DNA of 64,000 bases from Candidatus Levyibacteriota bacterium (GTDB taxonomy: Bacteria; Patescibacteriota; Microgenomatia; Levybacterales; UBA12049): assembly GCA_038254115.1 (NCBI GenBank), contig JBBSGK010000004.1:4227-68226 (forward strand), written 5' to 3'. How positions within the stretch are numbered: the stretch's first letter is position 1; every line of letters starts with the position of its first letter. The notes below the pieces were generated by a model. The model ran no database searches, had not been told where the DNA came from, and saw nothing but the letters and a program-made list of their open reading frames with translations. A program made the position numbers and the translations under genes. Positions 1 to 9,253 of this stretch are shown one piece after another.

Positions 1-1183
1 GATCAAATCCCTTCATGCCATATGTTCCGTTTAGACTGATGTTGTAGGCTATATTCCATGTAAAATCACTAAGTTTGGGATCTATTAAATCAAACGGTAC
101 GATAAAGAACCCTTCGTTAACAGATGGACTATTATATTGAATACGGATTTTTTTATATACATTCCCATTGCCTTCAATAATAACGCGGGACGGATGTCCC
201 TTCCATCCGACCAGCATATGTGATTCAAATGTTTGGTAAGTGGCCGAAACCGGATCAAGTGCATGATCTGCTTTTCCCTGAATAAATAAGGATTGAAATG
301 CAGGATTTTCAATAGTTACCACGGGAGCCGATTGTGCTGAAGCGGTAATGATCTGACCTGAAGCCTTATATGCAATTTCAGTTGCCCGTGAATGCTGCTC
401 TTTCCCAAACCATTGTCCGGGATCGGTAAATTTATCAACAACAAATTCATAGGATTGGGCACCGGTGCCTATCAACTGATAACTCAACGCCAAGTCGTAA
501 TCACTGCGCCAAAATTTGGCATTTAATTGTACAGATAGGGGACCTGAGTAGGTGGTTGAGAGCGTTGTCGGAGTTAGATGTTTATCTGATTGTGATTGCC
601 TGGTAAAATTGCTTGCTTCTAGAACAGTTCCGTTGTTAACTGCATTAAATCCTACTTTTGTAACGTGTTCCATATTGTCATATCGATAGTCCTGTTGAAG
701 GTAGTTATCGGGAGTATCCGATGCAATCACACGTTGACCAGGATCCAAGTCTTCAAATACCCCTTGCTCGCGCCGCAGAAATAATTGCGTTCCTTGATAG
801 GAAGAAGACGGAATTTGAGAACTTATTAAACCATTTATAATGTGTTTAATTGATTCTAGCCTAACGATTGGGGAGGATTTTTCTTCTTCAGCAAACGCCA
901 AAATTGTCCGCGCGCTATCCTCAGTAAAGTGGATAGCAGGAAGGTTATCGGAATTAATTCCGTCCAGGGAAAATGTCAGCAAGTTATACCGGTTATCAAT
1001 TAAATTTTCCATATAATTTCCGGCATTCCAGCTGAGTTGGGTTGCAGTGGAGATTGGGGTTTGTGCTTTTGTCCTGAAATCATTTTGCTTTCTGAGAAAG
1101 AGAATCGTAATTGGTACTGCTAACAAGAGGAATATTAAGAATAACAGGGTAATATATTTTTTTTGACCCAAAAACCGCCGCAT
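1..1183 (-). CDS. Membrane-anchored/secreted hypothetical protein, partial (runs off left edge)
   Basis: Hand-translated from the ATG at 1183: MRRFLGQKKYITLLFLIFLLLAVPITILFLRKQNDFRTKAQ..., an N-terminal TM helix. Absent from the ORF track, consistent with the stop lying outside the window. Confidence 0.75.
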   Translation of the reverse strand, partial: MRRFLGQKKYITLLFLIFLLLAVPITILFLRKQNDFRTKAQTPISTATQLSWNAGNYMENLIDNRYNLLTFSLDGINSDNLPAIHFTEDSARTILAFAEEEKSSPIVRLESIKHIINGLISSQIPSSSYQGTQLFLRREQGVFEDLDPGQRVIASDTPDNYLQQDYRYDNMEHVTKVGFNAVNNGTVLEASNFTRQSQSDKHLTPTTLSTTYSGPLSVQLNAKFWRSDYDLALSYQLIGTGAQSYEFVVDKFTDPGQWFGKEQHSRATEIAYKASGQIITASAQSAPVVTIENPAFQSLFIQGKADHALDPVSATYQTFESHMLVGWKGHPSRVIIEGNGNVYKKIRIQYNSPSVNEGFFIVPFDLIDPKLSDFTWNIAYNISLNGTYGMKGFD

Positions 1184-1234
1184 TATCCCAGTGTAGCACA
1201 CTTAATATACTTAAAATGGTGAAGAGAATACAAA

Positions 1235-1283
1235 AATAGTATCTAGCATAAGACTAAAAATAATCGTAATACTAGATACTATT
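1235..1283 (-). terminator. Inverted repeat / likely intrinsic terminator after rplL
   Basis: 12-bp inverted repeat AATAGTATCTAG...CTAGATACTATT just after the rplL stop, followed by a T-run on the minus strand. Confidence 0.55.
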
Positions 1284-1288
1284 TATTG

Positions 1289-1681
1289 CTATTTGAGCTC
1301 TACTGTAGCTCCTGCTGTTGTGAGTTTTTCTTTTGCCTCCTCAGCTGTTTTTTTGTTAACACCGTTCATTATTTCTTTTGGAGCTGCGTCAACTAGATCT
1401 TTTGCGTCTTTAAGCCCGAGAGTTGGAACCAACTCACGAAGTGCTTTGATAACAGCAATTTTTTGCGCGCCTGATTGTGCGATCACAACATTGAAAACTG
1501 TTTGTTCCTCAGCCGGAGCGCTGTCTCCTGCCGGAGCGGCACCCGCTGCTGGAGCTGCAACTGCCATCGCTGCTGCTGATACACCGAATTTTTCTTCCAA
1601 AGCTTTTACTAAGTCAGAAAGTTCAAGAACTGACATCTCTTCAATTGATTTCATTAAATCGTCTTTATTTATTTTTGCCAT
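1289..1681 (-). CDS. rplL: 50S ribosomal protein L7/L12
   Basis: [43 protein letters not shown] motifs; GGAGG Shine-Dalgarno upstream. Confidence 0.98.
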   Translation of the reverse strand: MAKINKDDLMKSIEEMSVLELSDLVKALEEKFGVSAAAMAVAAPAAGAAPAGDSAPAEEQTVFNVVIAQSGAQKIAVIKALRELVPTLGLKDAKDLVDAAPKEIMNGVNKKTAEEAKEKLTTAGATVELK

Positions 1682-1711
1682 ATATTAACACCTCCCTTCG
1701 TTATAAAATTG

Positions 1712-2260
1712 TTAAGCTTGTTTGGATTTCTCAATTGCCGATAGGGTCATTACAAATTTTTGCAGGTTCCAATTTAGTGCGCGGTGAAGTCCTGAGATTG
1801 GACCTTTCATATTGCCAAGAAGTTGGGCGCGGAGAACATCAAGAGGCGGGAGAGTTGAGATTTTGATTACGTCATCTTCTGCAACGATTTTGCCCTCAAG
1901 AATGCCGAATTTAATTAGAGGAAGCTTGAATTCTTTGATGGATTTGGTTATTGCTTTTAGTGGGCCTACAACGTCATCGTACATAAAAAGCGTTGCTGTT
2001 GGGCGACTAAATCTTTCTTTCTCAGCTTCTGTGTCAATCTTTCCTTTAAGCGCGATAAGAAGAAGTGTATTTTTGGTGTTAATGTATTCCGACTCCATAG
2101 ATTTGAGGGATTTCTTAAGTCCTTCAATCTGTTGATGGGTGAGTCCCTGATAATCAGTGAAGATGATGCCTTTGGCTTTTTCGACTTTTTGAAGGAGTTC
2201 GGCGACGATCTGCTCTTTTTTCTTGCGGTTATTACTTACTTTATTTGTTGCGTCTTGCAT
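1712..2260 (-). CDS. rplJ: 50S ribosomal protein L10
   Basis: DYQGLT, KNTLL and LPPLDVLRAQLLG motifs; directly upstream of rplL. Confidence 0.95.
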   Translation of the reverse strand: MQDATNKVSNNRKKKEQIVAELLQKVEKAKGIIFTDYQGLTHQQIEGLKKSLKSMESEYINTKNTLLLIALKGKIDTEAEKERFSRPTATLFMYDDVVGPLKAITKSIKEFKLPLIKFGILEGKIVAEDDVIKISTLPPLDVLRAQLLGNMKGPISGLHRALNWNLQKFVMTLSAIEKSKQA

Positions 2261-2261
2261 A

Positions 2262-2313
2262 TATTCCTCCGTAGGATTTATTCCGAATTTTTCGAAACCT
2301 ACTTCTTAGGACT
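2262..2313 (-). promoter_or_regulatory. L10 leader-like autoregulatory RNA element
   Basis: 5' UTR of rplJ reads CCTAAGAAGTAGG...TAAATCCTACGGAGG with a GTAGG/CCTAC stem, resembling the L10(L12)4-binding leader. Confidence 0.6.
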
Positions 2314-2318
2314 ATTAA

Positions 2319-2347
2319 ATTATAGCAGGGGAGGGGAGGATTGTAAA
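2319..2347 (-). promoter_or_regulatory. sigma70 promoter for rplJ-rplL
   Basis: TTTACA-17 nt-TATAAT with extended TG. Confidence 0.7.
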
Positions 2348-2426
2348 TAGCCATTAAAACTGATAACGAATAAGAACTACTGATAAGAGTTTATCCAAAC
2401 AGGTATAAGTTATTGGTAAGAAGACA

Positions 2427-5318
2427 TTATGGTGCAACTTCTCTTGAGATTGTTTCATCCCGCATCAGAAAAGTTGGGGCATTAAGTATAAAATCAAGTC
2501 TCGGACTGATTGTGAGAGATGGGGTATTTGAGTTAGCGCCGCAAAGACTGCGGTTATTTATTAGCTTTCCATTCCCACCATTACCGGCAGCATTCATGAT
2601 AATTGATCCTTCTACATTTAACATTTTATCAGGAGCCGGGCAATTGTTTTTTCCCTCAAGAACAAAATTCTTATCAGTACTGTAAAATCCTTGTAATTGG
2701 CCTGCGGGTTTGGGCAAAGAGTTGCTTGCGGCGCCTACCGATTTATCGATAACGATGTTCCCGCTTGATGAAAATAGAGCAGTCGAGCCGTTTGGAATTG
2801 TAATGTCGCCTTTAACCGTTAACTTTCCATTGATTAGGAATATATAATTTTGGGATACGGTTGTAGGATTAAAGCTTGTAATAGTTACATCGCTATTGGG
2901 CGGGGCAACATAAATTCCATGGGATAAGTTGCTTGGAAGAGCGCAGTTGGAAATGCCACCGCTGCAAACTGATGCAAGATCAATTGTGGTTAATTGTGCC
3001 CCGGATATCTTGTCGGTCAAACTCCCATAACTTGTATGCAAGCGGCCGGTAGATGAGAAGAATTCAGGATACGATGATCCTCCTACGACCCAATTTTTAC
3101 CGGATGACTGACCCGGGGAAAAATCCGGATTTCCATCTCCTGAAAAAATGACTCCAGGGGTTGATCCGATAGCGCTGTCACTCTCTGAGGCAGATGCGCC
3201 TGAGGGAACATTGTCCACAAATCCGCTATCAATCCGAAGGTCAAGATTATAGCCCTGTATCCAAGCAGTGGAGTTATTGAGGGCAAAATTGAGATTTATT
3301 ATATTTCCTGATGCATCACAACTGCCTCCGGTTGTTGGATTGGGAATAGGATTAACGCATCCCGAGCCGGCAGTTACAGAGAATGCTGCTGGTCCGTAAG
3401 GATATACATGGTAATTAGGCGGAACAGTATTGTACGTTATTGTGTAGGTCCCGGAAGGAACATTTGTAAAGGAATAACTGCCATCCGCGTTATTGGCTAC
3501 TGTTATTCCAGCGCTTGGAGAGATACTTATATTTGGTGGTGTTGCAGTATAGTTTAATTCGCCACGGTTACTCTGATTGTCTCCATTTGTATCAATAAAA
3601 ACCTTTCCGGAGATGCTGAAGAAAGCCGTATTTACAGTAGCTGTATTTACAGTAAATGACAGATTGTCGGTACTAGCATTGCAATTTGCGTCACCCGAAT
3701 AGTCTGCTGTAATTGTATGGGTTCCGGTAGTTAAGGATGAGGTAGAGATGTTTGCTGTTTGCGCGGCAAGAGCTACGGGATTACCCATTGATATGCCCCC
3801 GTCATTGAATTGAATTGTGCCTGTCGGAACACAGGCACCGCTTCCTGCAACTGAAGCTGAAAAAGTAACTGATGTTCCTGAATTAGATGGGCTTACCGGG
3901 GAAGAGGTAAGAGTGGTAGTGGTTGCTGCTAATGAACCTGTTGTAGGTGTTGCGGTTGGAGGAGTAGTTGGAACCGTGGTTGGGGTAGGTGTTGCGGTTG
4001 GAGGAGTAGTTGGAACCGTGGTTGGGGTAGGTGTTGGTGGTTGTATTTGTGGAACTGAGCAGCCTGCTCCTCCGCGTCCTCCGGCACCGCCTGTGTTACC
4101 TGAGGGCGGTTGGCCGGCTTGTCCTGCATGTAATCCGTTACAGCCAGAACCTCCAGCTCCTCCGACACGGCCAGGTCCAACTTTATCATTGTAAATATCG
4201 CCATAACCCCCGGCTCCATAACCGGCAATTGGTCCGGCGGGCGAGGCAGTCCCAGTGGCACCGGTGCCTCCTTGACCTCCATCTCCTCCCTTGCCTCCGT
4301 CGCCACCGGCTGTAGTTCCAAGTCCATTTCCGCCATTGCCACCTAACCCTCCTATACCTCCCTTACCATTGAAGCTCTCAGCAATACTAAACGCTCCGTA
4401 TCCTGCAATTGGACCTGTAAATTTTGCGTCTCCATGGGCATTGTTTCCTCCTCTTCCTCCGTTGCCTCCATTTCCACCATTTCCTCCAGATTGGATCCCG
4501 TTTGAGTCACCTCCATTGCCTCCATCGCCTCCAAAGCCCCCCTCTCCATTATATAAAATTCCAAAACTACCTGCCCCATATCCGACTCCTCCAGGGGATG
4601 AGGCAGTTCCGTGGGCTCCCGTGCCTCCTTGACCTCCATCTCCTCCCTTGCCGCCATTCCGTCCTAATTTTCCATTATTTCCATTCCCTCCCCATCCTCC
4701 GGCACCGTTATATACTTGAGCAAAACTTGAAGCACCATAACCGACAGGTGTTACGGATTTAGCATCGCCCGAAGCATTATCCCCACCACGTCCACCAACT
4801 CCTCCATCTCCACCTGCGCTAATTGCGGTTGCATTTCCTCCCTTGCCTCCATTTCCACCCTTACCGTTGTATACCTGAGTCGAGAAAGCTGAACTGCTAC
4901 TTTTGGCATTACCGGAAGCATAATTACCTCCAGTTCCTCCGCTTCCTCCTGGCCCGGCAACACCATTGCTTGTTATATTATCGCCTCCATTTCCGCCTTT
5001 TCCTCCGAGGCCGTTATATACAGTTGTGAGGGTTGTGGCATCACTTTTAGCATTGGCGACTCCGCCTCCTCCTCCGCCCCCACCGGCGCCGAGTGCTTGG
5101 TTGAGAGTTAATAATCCACTTCCACCATTTCCTCCATTTGCTGCCCCTCCTGCTCCCCCTCCTAAGCCTTGAGAATTATTGCAACCTTTTTGTCCTGGTG
5201 CGCCGGAAGCGCCACCTGTACCACAGCCAACTTGGGCAGATAAGGTGGGTACGAGTATAAGAAAAGTGAAGATAAACAGCGTGAGAATAGAGTTATTGAG
5301 GAATGGTTTTCTTGCCAT
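2427..5318 (-). CDS. Secreted Gly-rich (PGRS-like) repeat protein with Ig-like and SdrD-B-like domains
   Basis: Signal peptide; about 390 aa of GGxGGxGG repeats; Pro/Thr linker; Ig-like domain (TTTTLTSS...GTHTITADYSGDAN); ISGKVFIDTNGD collagen-binding-B-like domain; C-terminal beta-rich domain. Confidence 0.8.
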   Translation of the reverse strand: MARKPFLNNSILTLFIFTFLILVPTLSAQVGCGTGGASGAPGQKGCNNSQGLGGGAGGAANGGNGGSGLLTLNQALGAGGGGGGGGVANAKSDATTLTTVYNGLGGKGGNGGDNITSNGVAGPGGSGGTGGNYASGNAKSSSSAFSTQVYNGKGGNGGKGGNATAISAGGDGGVGGRGGDNASGDAKSVTPVGYGASSFAQVYNGAGGWGGNGNNGKLGRNGGKGGDGGQGGTGAHGTASSPGGVGYGAGSFGILYNGEGGFGGDGGNGGDSNGIQSGGNGGNGGNGGRGGNNAHGDAKFTGPIAGYGAFSIAESFNGKGGIGGLGGNGGNGLGTTAGGDGGKGGDGGQGGTGATGTASPAGPIAGYGAGGYGDIYNDKVGPGRVGGAGGSGCNGLHAGQAGQPPSGNTGGAGGRGGAGCSVPQIQPPTPTPTTVPTTPPTATPTPTTVPTTPPTATPTTGSLAATTTTLTSSPVSPSNSGTSVTFSASVAGSGACVPTGTIQFNDGGISMGNPVALAAQTANISTSSLTTGTHTITADYSGDANCNASTDNLSFTVNTATVNTAFFSISGKVFIDTNGDNQSNRGELNYTATPPNISISPSAGITVANNADGSYSFTNVPSGTYTITYNTVPPNYHVYPYGPAAFSVTAGSGCVNPIPNPTTGGSCDASGNIINLNFALNNSTAWIQGYNLDLRIDSGFVDNVPSGASASESDSAIGSTPGVIFSGDGNPDFSPGQSSGKNWVVGGSSYPEFFSSTGRLHTSYGSLTDKISGAQLTTIDLASVCSGGISNCALPSNLSHGIYVAPPNSDVTITSFNPTTVSQNYIFLINGKLTVKGDITIPNGSTALFSSSGNIVIDKSVGAASNSLPKPAGQLQGFYSTDKNFVLEGKNNCPAPDKMLNVEGSIIMNAAGNGGNGKLINNRSLCGANSNTPSLTISPRLDFILNAPTFLMRDETISREVAP
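3943..4036. repeat. 42-bp tandem repeat (about 2.2 copies) encoding the PTTVPTTPPTATPT linker
   Basis: GTAGGTGTTGCGGTTGGAGGAGTAGTTGGAACCGTGGTTGGG at 3943 and 3985, partial copy at 4027. Confidence 0.9.
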
Positions 5319-5497
5319 AATTTAACTATACAAAGGGGGGAACTAACTTGTCAACGAAGAGCGTAAAGGATGTTAGGGAAATAAAATTTATAATTATTTA
5401 ATAACTTCTCTTCTAAATCCTAGTGTTGGAAGGATAATGAAAAAATACAGTATAGGATTATAAAAGATGATAAAGATTGAGAATTAGAAACGAAGAA

Positions 5498-5992
5498 TTA
5501 CTTAAGGTCGGCACAAACAATATCTGTTTTAAGATCCTGCGCAGATTTATGCACCCTTACAGCTAGTGGAAATTGTTTTTTAAAATCAGCCAGCGTACCC
5601 GTTATATAGTTTGCCGTTTTTCCATTTACAACAGGGGAGAGAGAATATTTTGCATTTTCCGGTTTTTCACAGCTTCCTTCATAAACATATGCCGGATGCG
5701 AAGCCTTATCAGTCGTATTATTTAGATCAACACCTATAAATACTTTTCCATTAACCTCATTGAATGTTACAATTCCGGAGCTTCCTGAATTGTTTTTTTC
5801 CGAAAGATTAGCCTCCATACTGGCTACAATAGGTCCCTGTTTTAAATCAGGAGTAAGATTTGCGGTAGGGGGAGAGGGGTTGGATTGAACGGGCCGGTTA
5901 TTTGTATTTTTCTTGGGTAGGAAAATTATAGATGCTATCATCAGGACAACGAAAATAGAACCAAAAATAAGTATTTTTTTGTTCATGGTCAT
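5498..5992 (-). CDS. Membrane-anchored hypothetical protein (CHRD/SOD-like small beta domain)
   Basis: N-terminal TM helix; HPAYVYEGSC...YSLSPVVNG...VRVHKSAQDL..IVCADL pattern. Confidence 0.6.
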   Translation of the reverse strand: MTMNKKILIFGSIFVVLMIASIIFLPKKNTNNRPVQSNPSPPTANLTPDLKQGPIVASMEANLSEKNNSGSSGIVTFNEVNGKVFIGVDLNNTTDKASHPAYVYEGSCEKPENAKYSLSPVVNGKTANYITGTLADFKKQFPLAVRVHKSAQDLKTDIVCADLK

Positions 5993-6041
5993 ATTAAATT
6001 TACCAATTGTTGCCGGAAATTGTCAAGCTGACCAATGTAGA

Positions 6042-6929
6042 TTATGCAGAAAAATTGAGTTTGATTCCGGGGGACATTGTGGATTTGAGCGTGATGTTTT
6101 TGATATTTTTTGCCTGCACTGCTTGGATAACTGCCTCGACATTGTCAACCAATTTTTTCTCTTCAAATGAAATCTTGCCGATTGATAAGTGCATGATTGG
6201 GGCTTTTGCTTCTGTCTTGAAATTGATTTGTCCGAGCTCAAATTTCTTTGCTGCCTCTTTTGGTTTGGGATGGATGGTGCCGTTTTTGGGATTTGGCATA
6301 AGGCCCCGTGGCCCGAGAACTCTTGCAACTTTTGCAAGATGGCTCATGGTATCAGGCGTTGCGATAAGGATATCAAAATCCACTTGCCCCCCGGTAATTG
6401 CTTTTACAAGTTCTTCAACGTGTTTGGGATCCGCAGCGTGATCCGCAATCTCGATTTTTGCCTTTTTTCCTGATCCATGGGGGAGTGTGAGATTTCCTGA
6501 AATTCCCCGCTCCTGCGTATTGATGTGTAGCTCAACTGTTTCATCAAGTTTGGTTCTTTTTGTAGAATTTAAAATCTTCAAAGCATCTGTCACAGAATAC
6601 TTTTTATTTTTATCTACCTGCTTGGCCATTGCCAGATAACTTTCTGAGTGAGGCCTTGCTTTTTTGGAGGCTTTGTATTTTGATGTCTTGACAGTTTTGG
6701 CCGCTTTTTTTTCAGTCTTTGTTTCCTCAGCTTTTAATTCGGACTGTTCTTCTTTCTCTTCATTTACTGATTCTTTTATTGCTGAGTTTTCAACCTGCGT
6801 TGCTTTTTCGGCTTCGCCTTGTTTTTTGGCAGCTTCTATCCTTTTGGCTTCAGCTTTTTGCTTAGCTTTTTTCTTCTGATCTTTTTCGTCTTCTTCAATT
6901 CCAATTGTTTTAACTCTTATTTTACCCAC
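6042..6929 (-). CDS. rplA: 50S ribosomal protein L1 with long charged N-terminal extension
   Basis: DETVELHIN, LPHGSGK, LGPRGLMPNPKNGT and STMSPGIK motifs; GTG start at 6929 preceded by GGGAGG. Confidence 0.95.
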   Translation of the reverse strand: MGKIRVKTIGIEEDEKDQKKKAKQKAEAKRIEAAKKQGEAEKATQVENSAIKESVNEEKEEQSELKAEETKTEKKAAKTVKTSKYKASKKARPHSESYLAMAKQVDKNKKYSVTDALKILNSTKRTKLDETVELHINTQERGISGNLTLPHGSGKKAKIEIADHAADPKHVEELVKAITGGQVDFDILIATPDTMSHLAKVARVLGPRGLMPNPKNGTIHPKPKEAAKKFELGQINFKTEAKAPIMHLSIGKISFEEKKLVDNVEAVIQAVQAKNIKNITLKSTMSPGIKLNFSA

Positions 6930-6950
6930 GTTTCCTCCCTTCGGTCGGTC

Positions 6951-7040
6951 AAGTGCAAAGTGCAAAGTGCAAAGTGCAAAGTGAAGGAATTTTTGTTTTT
7001 AATTATTTTTATTAAATTTAAACTTTTCATTTTTAACTTT
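6951..7040. repeat. Heptamer tandem repeat (AAGTGCA)n and TTTTAA-type repeats between rplK and rplA
   Basis: aagtgcaaagtgcaaagtgcaaagtgcaaagtgaag followed by tttaaacttttcatttttaactttt. Confidence 0.8.
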
Positions 7041-7462
7041 TAACTTACTTCAACCCCCATTGATCTTGCAGTTCCGGCTACAATTCTTGCTGCCATTTCT
7101 ACGTCATCTGTATTCAGGTCTTCCATTTTGTCCTTTGCGATTTGGCGGGCCTGATCCATGGTGAGTTTGCCTATTTTTTCCCGTCCAGGTTTTTGTGATC
7201 CTTTTTCCTGGCCCATTGCTTTTTTGATCAGCTCGGCAACAGGGGATTTTTTGGTGATGAAAGAGAAAGTCCTGTCTTCATAAACAGTAATCACAACAGG
7301 GATGACATTGCCTTTCTGATCAGCAGTCTTATCATTGTAGGCTTTGACAAACTCCATGATGTTAAGACCATGTGGCCCGAGAGCAGTTCCGACAGGCGGT
7401 GCTGGTGTTGCTCCTCCTGCAGGTAATGCGATTTTAATTAATGTTTTTATTTTCTTAGCCAT
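7040..7462 (-). CDS. rplK: 50S ribosomal protein L11
   Basis: [24 protein letters not shown] and [10 protein letters not shown] motifs. Confidence 0.98.
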   Translation of the reverse strand: MAKKIKTLIKIALPAGGATPAPPVGTALGPHGLNIMEFVKAYNDKTADQKGNVIPVVITVYEDRTFSFITKKSPVAELIKKAMGQEKGSQKPGREKIGKLTMDQARQIAKDKMEDLNTDDVEMAARIVAGTARSMGVEVS

Positions 7463-7474
7463 AATAGTAAGTAC

Positions 7475-7693
7475 TTAGAAATTTTTTCCTTCACTTTTCC
7501 AGATTTTTCTTGTCCCTCTTCTTGCTCCTATCCTACTAAAATAGAATCCTTCTTTTCGAGCCAAGACTAATTCACCTTGAGTAGCTGTTACTCTGAATTC
7601 TGAACGTGTAACAGGCCATTGGCCTCCTTCCAGCTTTTTTACTCTGACACGAATTGGCAAATCTTCCTCTGATTTTTCAGCGCGTAACTTCAT
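7475..7693 (-). CDS. Small orphan protein between nusG and rplK
   Basis: 72-aa ORF filling the nusG-rplK gap; no family recognised. Confidence 0.5.
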   Translation of the reverse strand: MKLRAEKSEEDLPIRVRVKKLEGGQWPVTRSEFRVTATQGELVLARKEGFYFSRIGARRGTRKIWKSEGKNF

Positions 7694-7767
7694 ATTTGCA
7701 AATACATAATAAAAGAATTAACAGGTTTTAGCACAATGAGTAAGTCTAATACCAATTCTTGGCCATC

Positions 7768-8406
7768 TCATATCTTCTTCACCTGTAAAAAGTCCAGCTC
7801 AACGGGGGTTTCCCTCCCGAAGATTGAGACCAGAACTTTTACTTTTCCGCGGGTTTCGTCTATATTGTCAATTGTTCCCAGGAACTCTGCAAAAGGTCCG
7901 TCTGTGATCTTTACTGCCTCACCGACTGTAAAGGCAACTTTGTAAAGAGGTTCATCCAGGTTCATAAACTTCTGAATTGCCTCAACTTCTTTCTCCGAAA
8001 TTGGAGTCGGTTTGTTCCCGGCTCCGATAAAGCTTGTTACTCCCTGAGTGCTTCTTACCATGAACCATGATTCATCATCCAGAATCATCCTGACAAGTAC
8101 ATATCCCGGGAAGATTTTTTCCTGAATTGTTTCTTTTTTGCCCTGGCTGACCTTGATTGTGTTGCGGGTCGGGACAATGATATCAAAGATACGGTCATCA
8201 AATTTCATCGCCTCGGCTCTTTGCTTAAGAGATCTGGCGACTTTGTTTTCATGCCCAGCATAGGTATGAAGAATGTACCATTTAGCGTTATCAGGAACAG
8301 TTACAACTTTTTTCTCGTCGCCTGCAATGCCCGCTGTATCGACAGGATCTGCTGCTTTTTTTTCTTCTTTCTTTTCTTTTGGTTCGGTTGTCTGCGCTGT
8401 ATCCAT
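7768..8406 (-). CDS. nusG: Transcription termination/antitermination factor NusG
   Basis: WYILHTYAGHENKV, FPGYVLV, KOW motif GPFAEFLG, IFGRETPVEL. Confidence 0.98.
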   Translation of the reverse strand: MDTAQTTEPKEKKEEKKAADPVDTAGIAGDEKKVVTVPDNAKWYILHTYAGHENKVARSLKQRAEAMKFDDRIFDIIVPTRNTIKVSQGKKETIQEKIFPGYVLVRMILDDESWFMVRSTQGVTSFIGAGNKPTPISEKEVEAIQKFMNLDEPLYKVAFTVGEAVKITDGPFAEFLGTIDNIDETRGKVKVLVSIFGRETPVELDFLQVKKI

Positions 8407-8408
8407 AA

Positions 8409-8591
8409 TTATCTTAATATCAATCCCATCAATTTTGTAAACGCCAAATCAAGAGCACCTATATATAGTCCGACAAGTACGCTGATTGTTATGACAACCA
8501 AAGTAAGTCTGATGACTTCATCTCTTGTCGGCCATATGACTTGTCTTAATTCGACATAAGTTTCTTGTAAAAATTTAACAGGAGTAGTCAT
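8409..8591 (-). CDS. secE: Preprotein translocase subunit SecE
   Basis: FLQETYVELRQVIWPTRDE plus a TM helix; start refined to MTTPVKF. Confidence 0.95.
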   Translation of the reverse strand: MTTPVKFLQETYVELRQVIWPTRDEVIRLTLVVITISVLVGLYIGALDLAFTKLMGLILR

Positions 8592-8701
8592 TATATCAGA
8601 CATCCGCCTAAAACAGCGGATATGCATTGCAATTGTACCAAAATTGCGGGATGGTGTAAAGAAGCATGTTGACAAATAAAAAGTTTGTACTACAATCACA
8701 A

Positions 8702-8902
8702 ATGGAGGAAAGCACGCGTATGTTTGAACGAAGATCCAGAGATGAATCTACAGTATTGCCCGAAGTTGTTGAACCACTTAGAAGATTTTTAATTAGGGAA
8801 GGTCGGCAGTATGTGGATCCTGCAAAATTAAAGAAACCCAACCGCCCAAATCCTAGAACCAGACGCAGTAGGCGGAGAAGAGCTGCCGATAAAGGTAATT
8901 AA
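8702..8902 (+). CDS. Small Arg-rich orphan protein
   Basis: TTGACA(8669)-16-TACAAT(8691) promoter; ATG at 8702 (or 8720); basic C-terminal tail. Confidence 0.5.
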   Translation: MEESTRMFERRSRDESTVLPEVVEPLRRFLIREGRQYVDPAKLKKPNRPNPRTRRSRRRRAADKGN

Positions 8903-8977
8903 AACTTTATTAAATCAATCAGTTATTTCAAATATTGAATAAAAAGAGTTATATTTTACTGAAAATATATTAAATAT

Positions 8978-9199
8978 ATGGAGCGTATATTAAGAGAAGG
9001 TCATGTTAAGGGAGATGTTATAAGAGTCCGTAGCGCTGGTAATAGAGTTAAGGGAACGGTTGATATGGGTGAAACAGGGCACATAGAAGTTTTATCATCA
9101 GATCAGGCCAAATGGCAATATGATGAGGACGTGGCAAAAAGACGTTCACGGCAGGGAAACGCTCGGCAACAAGGTAGGGGAAGAAGGGGTGGGTCCTAA
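8978..9199 (+). CDS. Small orphan protein with Arg/Gly-rich tail
   Basis: 73-aa ORF MERILREG... following AT-rich promoter-like DNA. Confidence 0.55.
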   Translation: MERILREGHVKGDVIRVRSAGNRVKGTVDMGETGHIEVLSSDQAKWQYDEDVAKRRSRQGNARQQGRGRRGGS

Positions 9200-9253
9200 T
9201 TCTTATTTCTCTATCTTTGCAAAAGGAGCAAGAAACATTATAATATCCACATA

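Noticed and set aside
3817-5172. Pro-rich plus-strand ORFs overlapping the Gly-rich gene
   Set aside because: Antisense shadows of GGN codon runs; no independent start signals.
8592-8670. attR copy of the tRNA-Trp 3' end upstream of secE
   Set aside because: Only a promoter (TTTACA-17-TACAAT) and a short ATCCGC/GCGGAT hairpin were found; no tRNA-derived sequence.
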